Shown in pieces: positions 1-8,504 of a DNA stretch of 64,000 nt (position 1 is its first letter; each line of letters opens with the position of its first letter). The position numbers and the translations under genes were made by a program. The notes under the pieces are model-generated. The model had not been told where the DNA came from. It saw nothing but the letters and a program-made list of their open reading frames with translations, and made no database searches. This DNA is from an uncultured Erysipelotrichia bacterium (lineage in GTDB: Bacteria > Bacillota_I > Bacilli_A > JBKEDG01): positions 40,167 through 104,166 of the forward strand of contig CAZQIG010000005.1 in NCBI GenBank assembly GCA_964593055.1, in the 5' to 3' direction.

Positions 1-5
1 ACCTT

Positions 6-2390
6 TTATTCATCAAGCTTTAAACTTTCACTTAAATCTATCTTTTTTATCGCACGATACGCAAAATTAGCTGATACAAAGTAAACAAATAATAAAACTA
101 AGAAACCATAAAGAGAAAACTTCCAACCAATATCAATAACAAAAGTAAAATCTAAACCACTAGTAGCTTTTTCAATTATAACTTGAATTAACTTTTCTAT
201 TATAGGAATAGTTGAAAAATAAACAATCACAATAATCCATTTAAAAGCTGAAGTAGTAATATTTTTGATTTCTCGATCTTTATAACCTAAAACTTTCATA
301 ATAGAAATTGTTTTAGAACTCTTTTTAATAATAATATTTGATATAACTCCAATTGTAATCAAAGAAATAATTACAGCAATTACAACGACAACACCAATTG
401 TTGCATAAATAATAGAAAGTGATTCAGAAATTTCTTCACCAAAAATATCTGTTTCTATTACTGTAGCACTAGGATCAGTAGCTAGTAATTTTTCATAAGA
501 ACCATTACCAAATGTCGTATTATAAAAATCTACTCCTAATAACTCATTTAAATAATTAATATCTATTAAAGCAACATCTTGATATAAAGTATTTGTAACT
601 TCTACTACTTCAACACTAATTACAGTTTCTAAATCAAAAGGACTAAGTAATTCTACTGTATCACCAATTTCTAAATCAAAATTGTTTTGTAAAAATGATG
701 AAATTACAATTCCTTCTCGATAAAGTTCATGCGCTATTACTTTACTATTTAAGTTTTCGATTTTAAAAATATTTTCATTGTAACTATCAAAAGCTTTCAT
801 ACTTAACTTATCATCACTCTTATCAAGATTCAAATTGTAAACTGCACCAGATTTAGAAGTTACCTCAGGATAATCATAATCTTGTGTAAAGCGAATTTCA
901 TAATCATAACCTAATTGTTCAGCATAATTATTATTAACTAACTTATTAATTTGATCATAACTTAAACTCCCCATAAGAAGTAAAAATGATGAAACAAAAA
1001 CGGCAAATGTCAAAAGAAGAACTTTTGAAAAATTACGAAGTAAGATATTTATTAAATATTTTTTTTTGAAACTTAGGAATTTTAAAAATTTTGTGATATG
1101 AATCTTAGGATGACTTTCACTATCAACATTTTTTATGAGAATAAGTGGAGAAATCAAAAGATTTCTACGAATAGAGAAGAAATATACCGCTAAGACAATT
1201 ACTGCTAGAACTAACAAAATTTCAATCAATCCTATTATAAGAAAACTTTTTTGAAATTCAGCAAATGGGAAAGCATAAAATTGTCTTATTAAATCAATTA
1301 TTCCACGTGCACTAAACATCGCTACAATAGTTCCTAATACTGTACTAATTAATAAAATAGTAATAATCGATTTTGTATATTGCACACTTAATTCACGATA
1401 AGTAATTCCTTCTGCTTTTACAATACCAATTTCTCGTCTTTGCGTTTTAAAAACATTGTTAAACAAAACAATCATCAATAAAGCAGATATAATATTAATA
1501 ACATATGAAAAAATATTCAACATCAAACTATCTGCACTTAATTCTGAATCTATTGCTGTAACTGTCGGATTAAAATCAGCATCTAAATATGAAATAAATA
1601 AAGGTTTTTCTTCTAAAGTAATTCCTCCATTTTGATCATATAAAAAGCTCCCATCTTGTAAAATAACTGGTCCTATAAAAGTTTCATTTGCTAAAATTTC
1701 TTTACTAATATCAAGACGTTTTGTACGTGAATAATCTTCATGGAAAACACCACTAATTTTTTCAATTTTAATATCACTTAACTTTGGTATAATTTCTGTA
1801 AAACTTTTTTCATTCATATAATATACTTGTGTCAATTCATAATCTGGTAAAAAACTCATACTCGTATAAATATCTAACTCCATAAAATAATTACTAAAAT
1901 AAGCAAACCCTGAAATGATGTATTCTACATCATTAAGAGTTATTTTATCCCCTATTTTTTGATTTAAAGCAGTTGCTGCATTTTCACTAACAAGCACCTC
2001 ATTTTTTTGAAGCGGAAATGAACCAGCTACTAAAACAGGTTTATTAATTGTTAAATCTTCACGGTACTGTTCAATAACATGTGTTTTTTCTATTGAATTA
2101 TTTTTTTCAACGATTGAATAACGTGGAGCATAATTTATTTCTAAATCATAATTTTCTTCTACTTGCTTAAAATACTCATCACTAAATTTCTCGTTTGCTA
2201 ATGGATTAACAAACATCGTAAATTCTTCACGATGCCCTTTTTCAACGATTTTTTCTACTTCTTTCTCTGCTTGAGGAAAAGCAAAATTATTTGTCCCACT
2301 CAAAATAGCTGCTAAAACAAATAAAATAAAAATAGATATAATCATAATCTTATTTTTTAATAAACTTCTTCTAACAATTTTTTTTATCAT
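6..2390 (-). CDS. ABC transporter permease, FtsX/MacB-type, large two-module form
   Basis: 794-aa ORF. N-terminal TM helix, long extracytoplasmic segments, and clusters of TM helices mid-protein and at the C-terminus. Its start lies 1 nt after the stop of the upstream ABC ATPase. Confidence 0.8.
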   Translation of the reverse strand: MIKKIVRRSLLKNKIMIISIFILFVLAAILSGTNNFAFPQAEKEVEKIVEKGHREEFTMFVNPLANEKFSDEYFKQVEENYDLEINYAPRYSIVEKNNSIEKTHVIEQYREDLTINKPVLVAGSFPLQKNEVLVSENAATALNQKIGDKITLNDVEYIISGFAYFSNYFMELDIYTSMSFLPDYELTQVYYMNEKSFTEIIPKLSDIKIEKISGVFHEDYSRTKRLDISKEILANETFIGPVILQDGSFLYDQNGGITLEEKPLFISYLDADFNPTVTAIDSELSADSLMLNIFSYVINIISALLMIVLFNNVFKTQRREIGIVKAEGITYRELSVQYTKSIITILLISTVLGTIVAMFSARGIIDLIRQFYAFPFAEFQKSFLIIGLIEILLVLAVIVLAVYFFSIRRNLLISPLILIKNVDSESHPKIHITKFLKFLSFKKKYLINILLRNFSKVLLLTFAVFVSSFLLLMGSLSYDQINKLVNNNYAEQLGYDYEIRFTQDYDYPEVTSKSGAVYNLNLDKSDDKLSMKAFDSYNENIFKIENLNSKVIAHELYREGIVISSFLQNNFDLEIGDTVELLSPFDLETVISVEVVEVTNTLYQDVALIDINYLNELLGVDFYNTTFGNGSYEKLLATDPSATVIETDIFGEEISESLSIIYATIGVVVVIAVIISLITIGVISNIIIKKSSKTISIMKVLGYKDREIKNITTSAFKWIIVIVYFSTIPIIEKLIQVIIEKATSGLDFTFVIDIGWKFSLYGFLVLLFVYFVSANFAYRAIKKIDLSESLKLDE

Positions 2391-2391
2391 G

Positions 2392-3108
2392 TTAAGCCCA
2401 CTCTATTTCATAGGCTGATAATAACTTTTCATTTTTTACTTCATTTACAATTTTACCATTTTTGAAATAAATAACTTTATTACTCATTTTAGCAATATTA
2501 GGATTGTGAGTTACCATAATTAAAGTAGTTTTGTATTTAATATTTAAACTTTGCAATAAATCTAACACTTTTCTGCCACTTTCTTCATCTAAAGCACCTG
2601 TTGGTTCATCACAAAAAATAACTTTCGGATTTTTTACTAAAACTCTTGCAATAGCTACTCTTTGTTGTTGACCACCACTTAATTGATACGGAAATTTATG
2701 AGCGTGTTCACGTAAACCAACTTCTTCAATTACCTCATCTATAGATAATGGCTTTTTACTAATATAAGCTGCTAACTCGACATTCTCACGTACCGTTAAT
2801 GTCGAAATCAAATTATAACTTTGAAAAATAAATCCTGTATTTTCACGACGATAAACTGTTAACTTTCTATCATTGAGACTAGTTAAATCTACACCATTAA
2901 AAAAAATGTGTCCCGAATTAACATTATCTAAACCACTTAAAACATTCAATAACGTTGTTTTACCACTTCCTGAAGGACCTAGTATCGTATTGATATGCTC
3001 TTCTTCAAATTTAATAGACACATCATTTAAAGCATATAAATCAGTTTCACCATTTCGATATTTTTTAACTAAATTTTCTGCCTTAAATAAAACATTATTG
3101 GAATTCAT
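2392..3108 (-). CDS. ABC transporter ATP-binding protein (MacB/LolD-like)
   Basis: Walker A GPSGSGKTT, signature LSGGQQQRV, Walker B IFCDEPTGALD. I place the start at ATG 3108 (MNSNN...) because GAGGA sits 8 nt upstream. The ORF-track start at 3123 is a GTG inside msrA. Confidence 0.9.
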   Translation of the reverse strand: MNSNNVLFKAENLVKKYRNGETDLYALNDVSIKFEEEHINTILGPSGSGKTTLLNVLSGLDNVNSGHIFFNGVDLTSLNDRKLTVYRRENTGFIFQSYNLISTLTVRENVELAAYISKKPLSIDEVIEEVGLREHAHKFPYQLSGGQQQRVAIARVLVKNPKVIFCDEPTGALDEESGRKVLDLLQSLNIKYKTTLIMVTHNPNIAKMSNKVIYFKNGKIVNEVKNEKLLSAYEIEWA

Positions 3109-3604
3109 CTTTGATGTCCTCACTTTCTAAAACACTAAAATTTATATGGCAAGGAGCACTTGGATTATGTAGTAAGTAATCTTGATGATAATTCTCTGCT
3201 AAAGTAAAATTTTCTAACATTTGTGCTTCTACAACAATTTCTTTTTGAAACTCGTTTTCTTTTTGCAAAAAGAAATCCTGAACAAATGCTAACTCATCTT
3301 CACTTAAAACATAGATTCCACTACGATATTGTATTCCTATATCATATCCTTGACGATTCAAGCTAAAAGGATCAACTATTCTAAAAAACAGTTGTAAAAT
3401 CTTTGTTAATGTAATTTCTCGTTCATCATAAATAACTTCTACTGCTTCAACAGCACTACTACGACCTTTGATTAAATCCCGATAACTAGGATTTTTAATA
3501 TTACTTTGCGCATAACCGCTATTTGCCTCAACTATTCCTTTAACTTGTTTAAAAAAGTGTTGTACTCCCCAAAAACAACCACTAGCTATATAGACTTTTT
3601 TCAT
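3095..3604 (-). CDS. msrA: peptide-methionine (S)-S-oxide reductase
   Basis: GCFWG active-site motif at residues 9-13, typical length of 169 aa, SD GGAGGT upstream. Confidence 0.9.
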   Translation of the reverse strand: MKKVYIASGCFWGVQHFFKQVKGIVEANSGYAQSNIKNPSYRDLIKGRSSAVEAVEVIYDEREITLTKILQLFFRIVDPFSLNRQGYDIGIQYRSGIYVLSEDELAFVQDFFLQKENEFQKEIVVEAQMLENFTLAENYHQDYLLHNPSAPCHINFSVLESEDIKDEFQ

Positions 3605-3616
3605 AAATTACCTCCA

Positions 3617-4336
3617 CTATTCTATCAGTTGATTTATTACATAACTTGCGCATATTAATCCAGAAGTTGCCGGAACAAAAGCATTACTAGCTGGAGGAAA
3701 CTGTTCTTTTCTAATGTTAGAAGAAAGATTTCCAACATTTAAAGGTTTTTTGGGCTTTTCAAGTGAACAAACAACTTTTAAAGTAGAAGTTTCTATTTTA
3801 CGTTTACGTATTTCTCTTCTTAAAACTCTTGCTAATGGATCATACGATGTTTGCAATAAGTTCATTACTGCAAACTTTGTTGGATCGGTTTTATTAGCGG
3901 TCCCCATTGAAGAAATAATCGGAATGTTTTTTTTAGTTGCATATTCAATTAAATCTAATTTAGCACTAACAGTATCACAACAGTCAATAATATAGGAAAA
4001 TTTATATTTATCTAAAATATTATTTTGTTTTTTATCATAATGAATTTTATAAGCCTCTACTTGACAATTAGGGTTTATTTCATAAATTCTTCTTCTTGCT
4101 ACTTCGCATTTATCTTGACCAATAGTTGAGTGTAAAGCAATAATTTGGCGATTAATATTCGTAATATCAACAGTATCTTTATCTATAATTACTACTGAAC
4201 CAATACCACTTCTCACTAATGCTTCTAATGCATAACTTCCTACTCCACCTAAACCTACTACTAAAACTGTTGATCTTTGTAATTTCAGCAGTTTTTCATG
4301 CCCAATCATCAGTTCTAATCTCTGAAATTGTTTCAT
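3617..4336 (-). CDS. tcdA: tRNA threonylcarbamoyladenosine dehydratase (ThiF/MoeB-fold E1-like)
   Basis: VVGLGGVGS dinucleotide loop followed by IIDKDTVDITNINRQ. Size 239 aa, typical of TcdA/YrvM rather than ThiF or MoeB. SD GGGGTGA upstream. Confidence 0.8.
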   Translation of the reverse strand: MKQFQRLELMIGHEKLLKLQRSTVLVVGLGGVGSYALEALVRSGIGSVVIIDKDTVDITNINRQIIALHSTIGQDKCEVARRRIYEINPNCQVEAYKIHYDKKQNNILDKYKFSYIIDCCDTVSAKLDLIEYATKKNIPIISSMGTANKTDPTKFAVMNLLQTSYDPLARVLRREIRKRKIETSTLKVVCSLEKPKKPLNVGNLSSNIRKEQFPPASNAFVPATSGLICASYVINQLIE

Positions 4337-4346
4337 AATTCACCCC

Positions 4347-4544
4347 ATATCAAAATAAAAAAAAATACCAAAGAGCCGTATCGTATATAAATAACAAACC
4401 TATAGATTATATAGGTGGGCAACATAACTAATTATTAGGGTTCTGACAACTTGTGTCAGCATCCGCACAAATTAGTATCCGAATCCCGTATGTTAGTTGT
4501 AGGTTTTTTAATATACTTCTCGTTCTCTCTAGTAATTTTGATAT
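4347..4544 (-). ncRNA. ssrS: candidate 6S RNA (ssrS-like), co-oriented with and directly upstream of tcdA
   Basis: A ~198-nt rod. The 5' end AUAUCAAAAU pairs perfectly with the 3' end AUUUUGAUAU. UACUAGAGAG pairs with CUCUUUGGUA (10 bp, two G-U pairs valid only on the minus strand). Further pairs: GUAUAU/AUAUAC, AAACCUA/UAGGUUU, CAACUAAC/GUUA-U-GUUG, GGGAUU/AACCC. Apical hairpin CUGACA-CAAGU-UGUCAG. Large asymmetric internal loops in the centre. From memory, B. subtilis 6S-1 (bsrB) sits next to yrvM (tcdA). Confidence 0.5.
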
Positions 4545-4548
4545 TTTA

Positions 4549-4576
4549 ATTATAACATATTAATTAATTAATTCAA
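4549..4576 (-). promoter_or_regulatory. sigma-A-type promoter TTGAAT-16-TGtTATAAT for the 6S candidate and tcdA operon
   Basis: -35 is the reverse complement of 4571-4576. The extended -10 is the reverse complement of 4549-4557. The predicted start falls at the first bases of the end-pairing helix. Confidence 0.6.
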
Positions 4577-4637
4577 GTTTAAAGCTGCAATTCTTTTTTT
4601 CACAACTTAGTGATATAATACAATTAGAGGTGAAAAA

Positions 4638-5687
4638 ATGTATAGAAGAAATCAAACAAAAAGCATCATGGTTAGAGATGTAGAAATCGGTGGTAACAAT
4701 CGTGTTGTTATTCAAAGTATGATTACTGCAAAACCACGAAATGTCGAGGAATGTGTAAAACAAATCAACGCTTTAAGTGAAGCTGGTTGCCAAATAGTTC
4801 GCTTTACTTGCTTAACTAGTGAAGATACTAAAGCTATTACAGAAATTAGGGCACGTACGAATATTCCTTTAGTAGCTGATATTCATTTTAATTATCAACT
4901 AGCAATTGAAGCTGTGGAAGCTGGGATTGATAAAATCAGAATTAATCCTGGTAATATTGGGAGTGAAAAAAAAGTTGAAGCTGTTGTAAAAAAATGTAAA
5001 GAAAAAAATATTCCAATTAGAATAGGTGTTAATAGTGGTAGCTTAGAAAATGATTTAAAAGAAAAGTACGGTGCAAATAATCCTAAAACTTTAATTGAAA
5101 GTGCTAAGAGGCACGTTGCTATTTTAGAAAAGCTTGATTTTAAAAATATTATTATTTCTTTAAAGGCAAGTGATCCTGCTCTAGCTATTGAAGCTTATCG
5201 CTTAGCAGCAAAAACTTTTGCTTATCCCCTACACTTAGGAATTACTGAATCAGGTACTAAATTTAGTGGTACAATCAAAAGTTGTGCAGCTTTAGGAATT
5301 TTATTATATGAAGGTATAGGCTCAACAATTCGCATTTCTTTAACAGCAGATCCATTAGAAGAAATTAAAGTCTGTCGTGAATTACTATCTACATTTAACC
5401 TCTTGAGTAAACCTAAAATAATTTCTTGCCCTACTTGTGGACGCTGTGAAATCGATTTAATTTCTTTAGCTACTCGAGTAGAAAAAGTTCTAGAAAGTAG
5501 TAACAAAAATATTACTGTTGCTGTTATGGGATGTGTCGTTAATGGTCCTGGAGAAGCAAGTGAAGCCGATATTGGTATTGCTGGTGGTAAAAACAATGCT
5601 CGTCTTTTCAAAAAAGGTAAAGTTATTAAAACGATAGCTGAAGAAGATATTTTTGAAGAACTAAAAAAAGAGATTGAAAATTTCTAA
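4638..5687 (+). CDS. ispG: 4-hydroxy-3-methylbut-2-en-1-yl diphosphate synthase (MEP pathway)
   Basis: 349 aa. N-terminal MVRDVEIGGNNRVVIQSM, C-terminal Fe-S cysteines CPTCGRC plus GCVVNGPGE. SD GAGGTG 6 nt upstream, TGaTATAAT at about 4611-4619. Confidence 0.95.
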   Translation: MYRRNQTKSIMVRDVEIGGNNRVVIQSMITAKPRNVEECVKQINALSEAGCQIVRFTCLTSEDTKAITEIRARTNIPLVADIHFNYQLAIEAVEAGIDKIRINPGNIGSEKKVEAVVKKCKEKNIPIRIGVNSGSLENDLKEKYGANNPKTLIESAKRHVAILEKLDFKNIIISLKASDPALAIEAYRLAAKTFAYPLHLGITESGTKFSGTIKSCAALGILLYEGIGSTIRISLTADPLEEIKVCRELLSTFNLLSKPKIISCPTCGRCEIDLISLATRVEKVLESSNKNITVAVMGCVVNGPGEASEADIGIAGGKNNARLFKKGKVIKTIAEEDIFEELKKEIENF

Positions 5688-5705
5688 ATTACTTTTTAAT
5701 TACTT

Positions 5706-5726
5706 AGCCCTTTAAGGGCTTTTTTA
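5706..5726 (+). terminator. intrinsic terminator of ispG
   Basis: AGCCC-UUUAA-GGGCU followed by U5. Confidence 0.7.
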
Positions 5727-5747
5727 ATAACTTTGTTTATTTGAACA

Positions 5748-5791
5748 ATAAAAAACAAAAGCAATATTTGAAATACTTCTATTGCTTTTGT
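5748..5791 (-). terminator. intrinsic terminator of the AGCS symporter gene
   Basis: 12-bp stem ACAAAAGCAAUA/UAUUGCUUUUGU followed by UUUUUUAUU on the minus strand. Confidence 0.75.
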
Positions 5792-5804
5792 TACTAATCT
5801 TTTT

Positions 5805-7322
5805 TTAATCTTTCCAAATATCTTTATCAACGTTTTTAATCCCTAATTTATCTGGATTAAACTTCGGAGTTTTAACCCCTAATTTTTCCTGTTTTTCATA
5901 ATCTTTTAAAGCTATTATTGCAGGACTTGAAACAATTAAAATTCCAATAATATTATACCAAGCCATAATTCCTACACCAATATCAACAAAATTCCAAACA
6001 ACATCAGAACTCATTGCTGAAAACAAGATAACAATTCCTAAAAAGACAACACGTAAAATAGTAATAAGCGTTTTACTAGATTTTTCTTTTCCAGATTCAT
6101 CTTTATTTTCTGATAAATAAGCAATGTTTGATTCAGCCATATAATAATAAGCCATCAAAGTTGTAAAAGCGAAGAAAAATAAGGCAACAGCTACAAATTT
6201 TACTCCTAAATCGCCAAGTAGTGTCCCTACTGCTGCTTGTGTAAATTCTGGTCCTCCAGAAACACCAGCAGCGATATTACTACCATTATAAACTAAGTCT
6301 TTTGCAGAAGTAAATAAATTATAACTATCTGTAATAATAATCATTAACCCTGTTGCCGTACATACAAGTAATGTGTCGAAATAAACAGAAAATGATTGAA
6401 CTAAACCTTGCTCAGCAGGATGATTTACCGCTGCTGCTGCTGCTGCATGGGGTCCTGTTCCTTGTCCAGCCTCATTAGAGAAAATTCCTCTTTTTACACC
6501 ATTTATAATAGCTGTTCCTAAAACTCCTCCTAACCCTGCCATAGGATTAAAAGCACTTTTAAAAATTAATACAAATGTTTCTGGAACAATGCTTATATTA
6601 ATAATAATTATGATTAATGCAATAATTAAATAAATGATTGACATGAAAGGTACGATTATTTCAGCTACTCTTCCTAATCTTTTAGTTCCTCCAAAAACTA
6701 CTAGTCCTAAAATTATAGCAACAATTATCCCCGTAATTAACATGAATGTTTCTTGATCAAAACTCGAACTTCCAAATCCATTATACATTGCAAGTGAAAT
6801 TGAATTAGATTGAATACTTGGTAAAAAGATTCCTGTAGAAATCAAAGTAAGTACTGCAAAAATAACTCCGAATATTCTTTTACCAGTTATTTTTTCAAAA
6901 TAATAAGCTGGTCCTCCTCGGTACTCGCCATCAATTTCTTCTTTGTAAATTTGTGCTAGCGTCGATTCAACATAAGCAGATGCCGATCCAAAAATAGCTA
7001 TAACCCACATCCAAAACAACGCACCTGGTCCACCAAAAGCAATTGCGGTAGCTACCCCAGCAATATTACCAGTCCCTACTCGACCTGCAACAGATAATGC
7101 AAAAGCTTGAAAAGAAGAAACTCCTTTTTTTGAATTACCGCCACTAAAAAGTAATATCGCCATCGTTTTAATTTTACGTATTTGTACTCCTCTAGTTCTA
7201 ATTGTAAAATAAATACCTGCTGCTAATAATAACAAAATCAATGGTGTACTCATTACAAGGTCCTTGACTTTCGATATTACTTCAGCATAATTTAAAATAA
7301 AAATGTTATTTAATGTAAGCAT
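5805..7322 (-). CDS. alanine/glycine:cation symporter (AGCS family)
   Basis: 505 aa, polytopic. Family-typical N-terminus (PLILLLLAAGIYFTIRTRGVQIR) and the segments GRVGTGNIAGVATAI and SNEAGQGTGPHAAAAA. SD AAGGAG 8 nt upstream. Confidence 0.9.
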   Translation of the reverse strand: MLTLNNIFILNYAEVISKVKDLVMSTPLILLLLAAGIYFTIRTRGVQIRKIKTMAILLFSGGNSKKGVSSFQAFALSVAGRVGTGNIAGVATAIAFGGPGALFWMWVIAIFGSASAYVESTLAQIYKEEIDGEYRGGPAYYFEKITGKRIFGVIFAVLTLISTGIFLPSIQSNSISLAMYNGFGSSSFDQETFMLITGIIVAIILGLVVFGGTKRLGRVAEIIVPFMSIIYLIIALIIIIINISIVPETFVLIFKSAFNPMAGLGGVLGTAIINGVKRGIFSNEAGQGTGPHAAAAAAVNHPAEQGLVQSFSVYFDTLLVCTATGLMIIITDSYNLFTSAKDLVYNGSNIAAGVSGGPEFTQAAVGTLLGDLGVKFVAVALFFFAFTTLMAYYYMAESNIAYLSENKDESGKEKSSKTLITILRVVFLGIVILFSAMSSDVVWNFVDIGVGIMAWYNIIGILIVSSPAIIALKDYEKQEKLGVKTPKFNPDKLGIKNVDKDIWKD

Positions 7323-7345
7323 ATGAGTGCTCCTTTCTTTTTAAT

Positions 7346-7374
7346 ATTATACCTTTTAAAAGCAATTTATTCAA
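7346..7374 (-). promoter_or_regulatory. promoter TTGAAT-17-TATAAT of the AGCS gene
   Basis: Near-consensus hexamers with 17-nt spacing, about 25 nt upstream of the SD. Confidence 0.6.
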
Positions 7375-7537
7375 CTTTTTTTTGATACATATAAAACTAT
7401 TAGTTATTTATTCAGCTTTGTTAATCTTTGTGAAAAATGATTACAGTTTCGTAAAAAAAACATTTTACAATTTTATTTATTGTACAATGCCTATGTACAG
7501 GATAATTATGAAGTGGGTTTTTTTAGGAGGAAGCAAA

Positions 7538-7795
7538 TTGGGAAATTTAACAAGAATAAAAAACATTGGTGATGAGCTTGAAGCACAGCTATTAAATGCC
7601 AATATCAATACTTATGATGAATTATTAAAATTAGGTAGCAAAAAAGCATGGCTAAAAATACAAAAACATGATAAATCAGTTTGTTATAATAGATTATTAG
7701 CTTTAGAAGGAGCAATACAAGGAATCGGTAGATTTGACTTATCAGTTAAAGATAAAAAAAGCTTAAAAAAATTTTATGAATCACATAAGTTATAG
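7538..7795 (+). CDS. TfoX/Sxy C-terminal-domain-only protein
   Basis: LTRIKNIGDELEAQLLNANINTYDELLKLGSKKAWLKI resembles the helix-hairpin-helix TfoX C-domain. I place the start at TTG 7538, 6 nt after AGGAGGA. The long N-terminal extension in the ORF track has no SD. Confidence 0.55.
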   Translation: MGNLTRIKNIGDELEAQLLNANINTYDELLKLGSKKAWLKIQKHDKSVCYNRLLALEGAIQGIGRFDLSVKDKKSLKKFYESHKL

Positions 7796-7809
7796 ATAAC
7801 GAGTAAGAC

Positions 7810-7840
7810 ATTTCTTAATTGAGAAATGTTTTATTATATT
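7810..7840 (+). terminator. intrinsic terminator after the TfoX-C gene
   Basis: ACAUUUCU-UAAUUG-AGAAAUGU followed by UUUAUU. Confidence 0.6.
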
Positions 7841-7863
7841 TCAAGCAAGATGATTGCTTTAAA

Positions 7864-7893
7864 AATTATCAGTGTGATATAATTATCAGCGTG
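7864..7893 (+). promoter_or_regulatory. tandem 13-nt direct repeat AATTATCAG(T/C)GTG x2 (17-nt period) overlapping TGaTATAAT
   Basis: Repeat copies at 7864-7876 and 7881-7893. The extended -10 (7875-7883) of the 7926 gene lies between and within them. Confidence 0.4.
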
Positions 7894-7925
7894 CTTTATA
7901 AAAACAAGACATCGTAGGAGGAATT

Positions 7926-8477
7926 ATGAAAAATCACAAATTGTTATTTATCTTTAATTTATTATTTTTTATTTTGAGTTTCATTAACATAAACTTTGCT
8001 ATGCTGGGGTTTTTATGTATGACAATACCCTTTATCTTATTATACAAAACAAAAAAAAATACTTTTTGTACTGGCTATTGTCCTAGATCAAATCTAATTA
8101 CTAAAACTAAACATATCAAATGGTATCAAAACTTAAAAACACCGAAAGTTTTCATTACTGGTAACATAAAATGGTACATTTTATCATACATGCTATTTAA
8201 TTTGATTTTGATGACAATAGCTGTAATAAGAATAACTTTTTTTGATATGATAGTCTTAGAACAAATGAAATTATTTAACTTAATTGATTTACCTTTTCAC
8301 GATTTACTCAAGTATCGTATTAATCCACAATTAACACAAATTTCTTTTTCTTTATTTAATATGATGCTTTCAACTACTCTGTTAGGAATAATACTAGGCT
8401 TAATCTACAAACCAAAAACTTGGTGTAGTATTTGTCCGGTAATGACAATGCAAACTACAATAAAAAATAAATTATAA
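7926..8477 (+). CDS. small polytopic membrane protein with two NapH/NosR-like Cys motifs (putative Fe-S or thiol-redox membrane protein)
   Basis: 183 aa with about 4 TM helices. Motifs FCTGYCPR and TWCSICPV resemble the CxxxCP repeats of membrane polyferredoxin-type proteins. SD AGGAGGA upstream. Confidence 0.45.
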   Translation: MKNHKLLFIFNLLFFILSFININFAMLGFLCMTIPFILLYKTKKNTFCTGYCPRSNLITKTKHIKWYQNLKTPKVFITGNIKWYILSYMLFNLILMTIAVIRITFFDMIVLEQMKLFNLIDLPFHDLLKYRINPQLTQISFSLFNMMLSTTLLGIILGLIYKPKTWCSICPVMTMQTTIKNKL

Positions 8478-8503
8478 AAAACTCAGTTAAACCTGAGTTT
8501 TTA
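8476..8503. terminator. bidirectional terminator between convergent genes
   Basis: AAAAACUCAG-UUAAAC-CUGAGUUUUU, with A and U tracts on both sides. Confidence 0.75.
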
Positions 8504-8504
8504 T

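Noticed and set aside
2873-3130. An 85-aa plus-strand ORF, and the GTG-extended start of the ABC ATPase at 3123.
   Set aside because: The plus ORF is antisense to the Walker A region of the ATPase. The ATPase start is better placed at ATG 3108, which has a GAGGA SD.
4436-4490. The plus-strand reading UAGGGUUC-hairpin-GCAUCCGCACAA superficially resembles the start of ykkC/guanidine-I-type riboswitches, and it lies upstream of ispG.
   Set aside because: - The rest of the ykkC consensus is absent.
- The ispG promoter (TGaTATAAT, about 4611-4619) lies downstream of the element.
- G-U pairs in the long-range helices only work on the minus strand.
- The whole segment is better explained as a minus-strand rod-like (6S-type) RNA.
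4337-4545. A T-box or other riboswitch leader regulating tcdA. The transcript contains AGAGAG near its 5' end.
   Set aside because: - There is no T-box GGUGGNACCGCG sequence on the minus strand.
- There is no convincing terminator/antiterminator pair; only a 5-bp AU-rich stem precedes the U run.
- End-to-end pairing of the whole transcript argues for a rod-shaped RNA instead.
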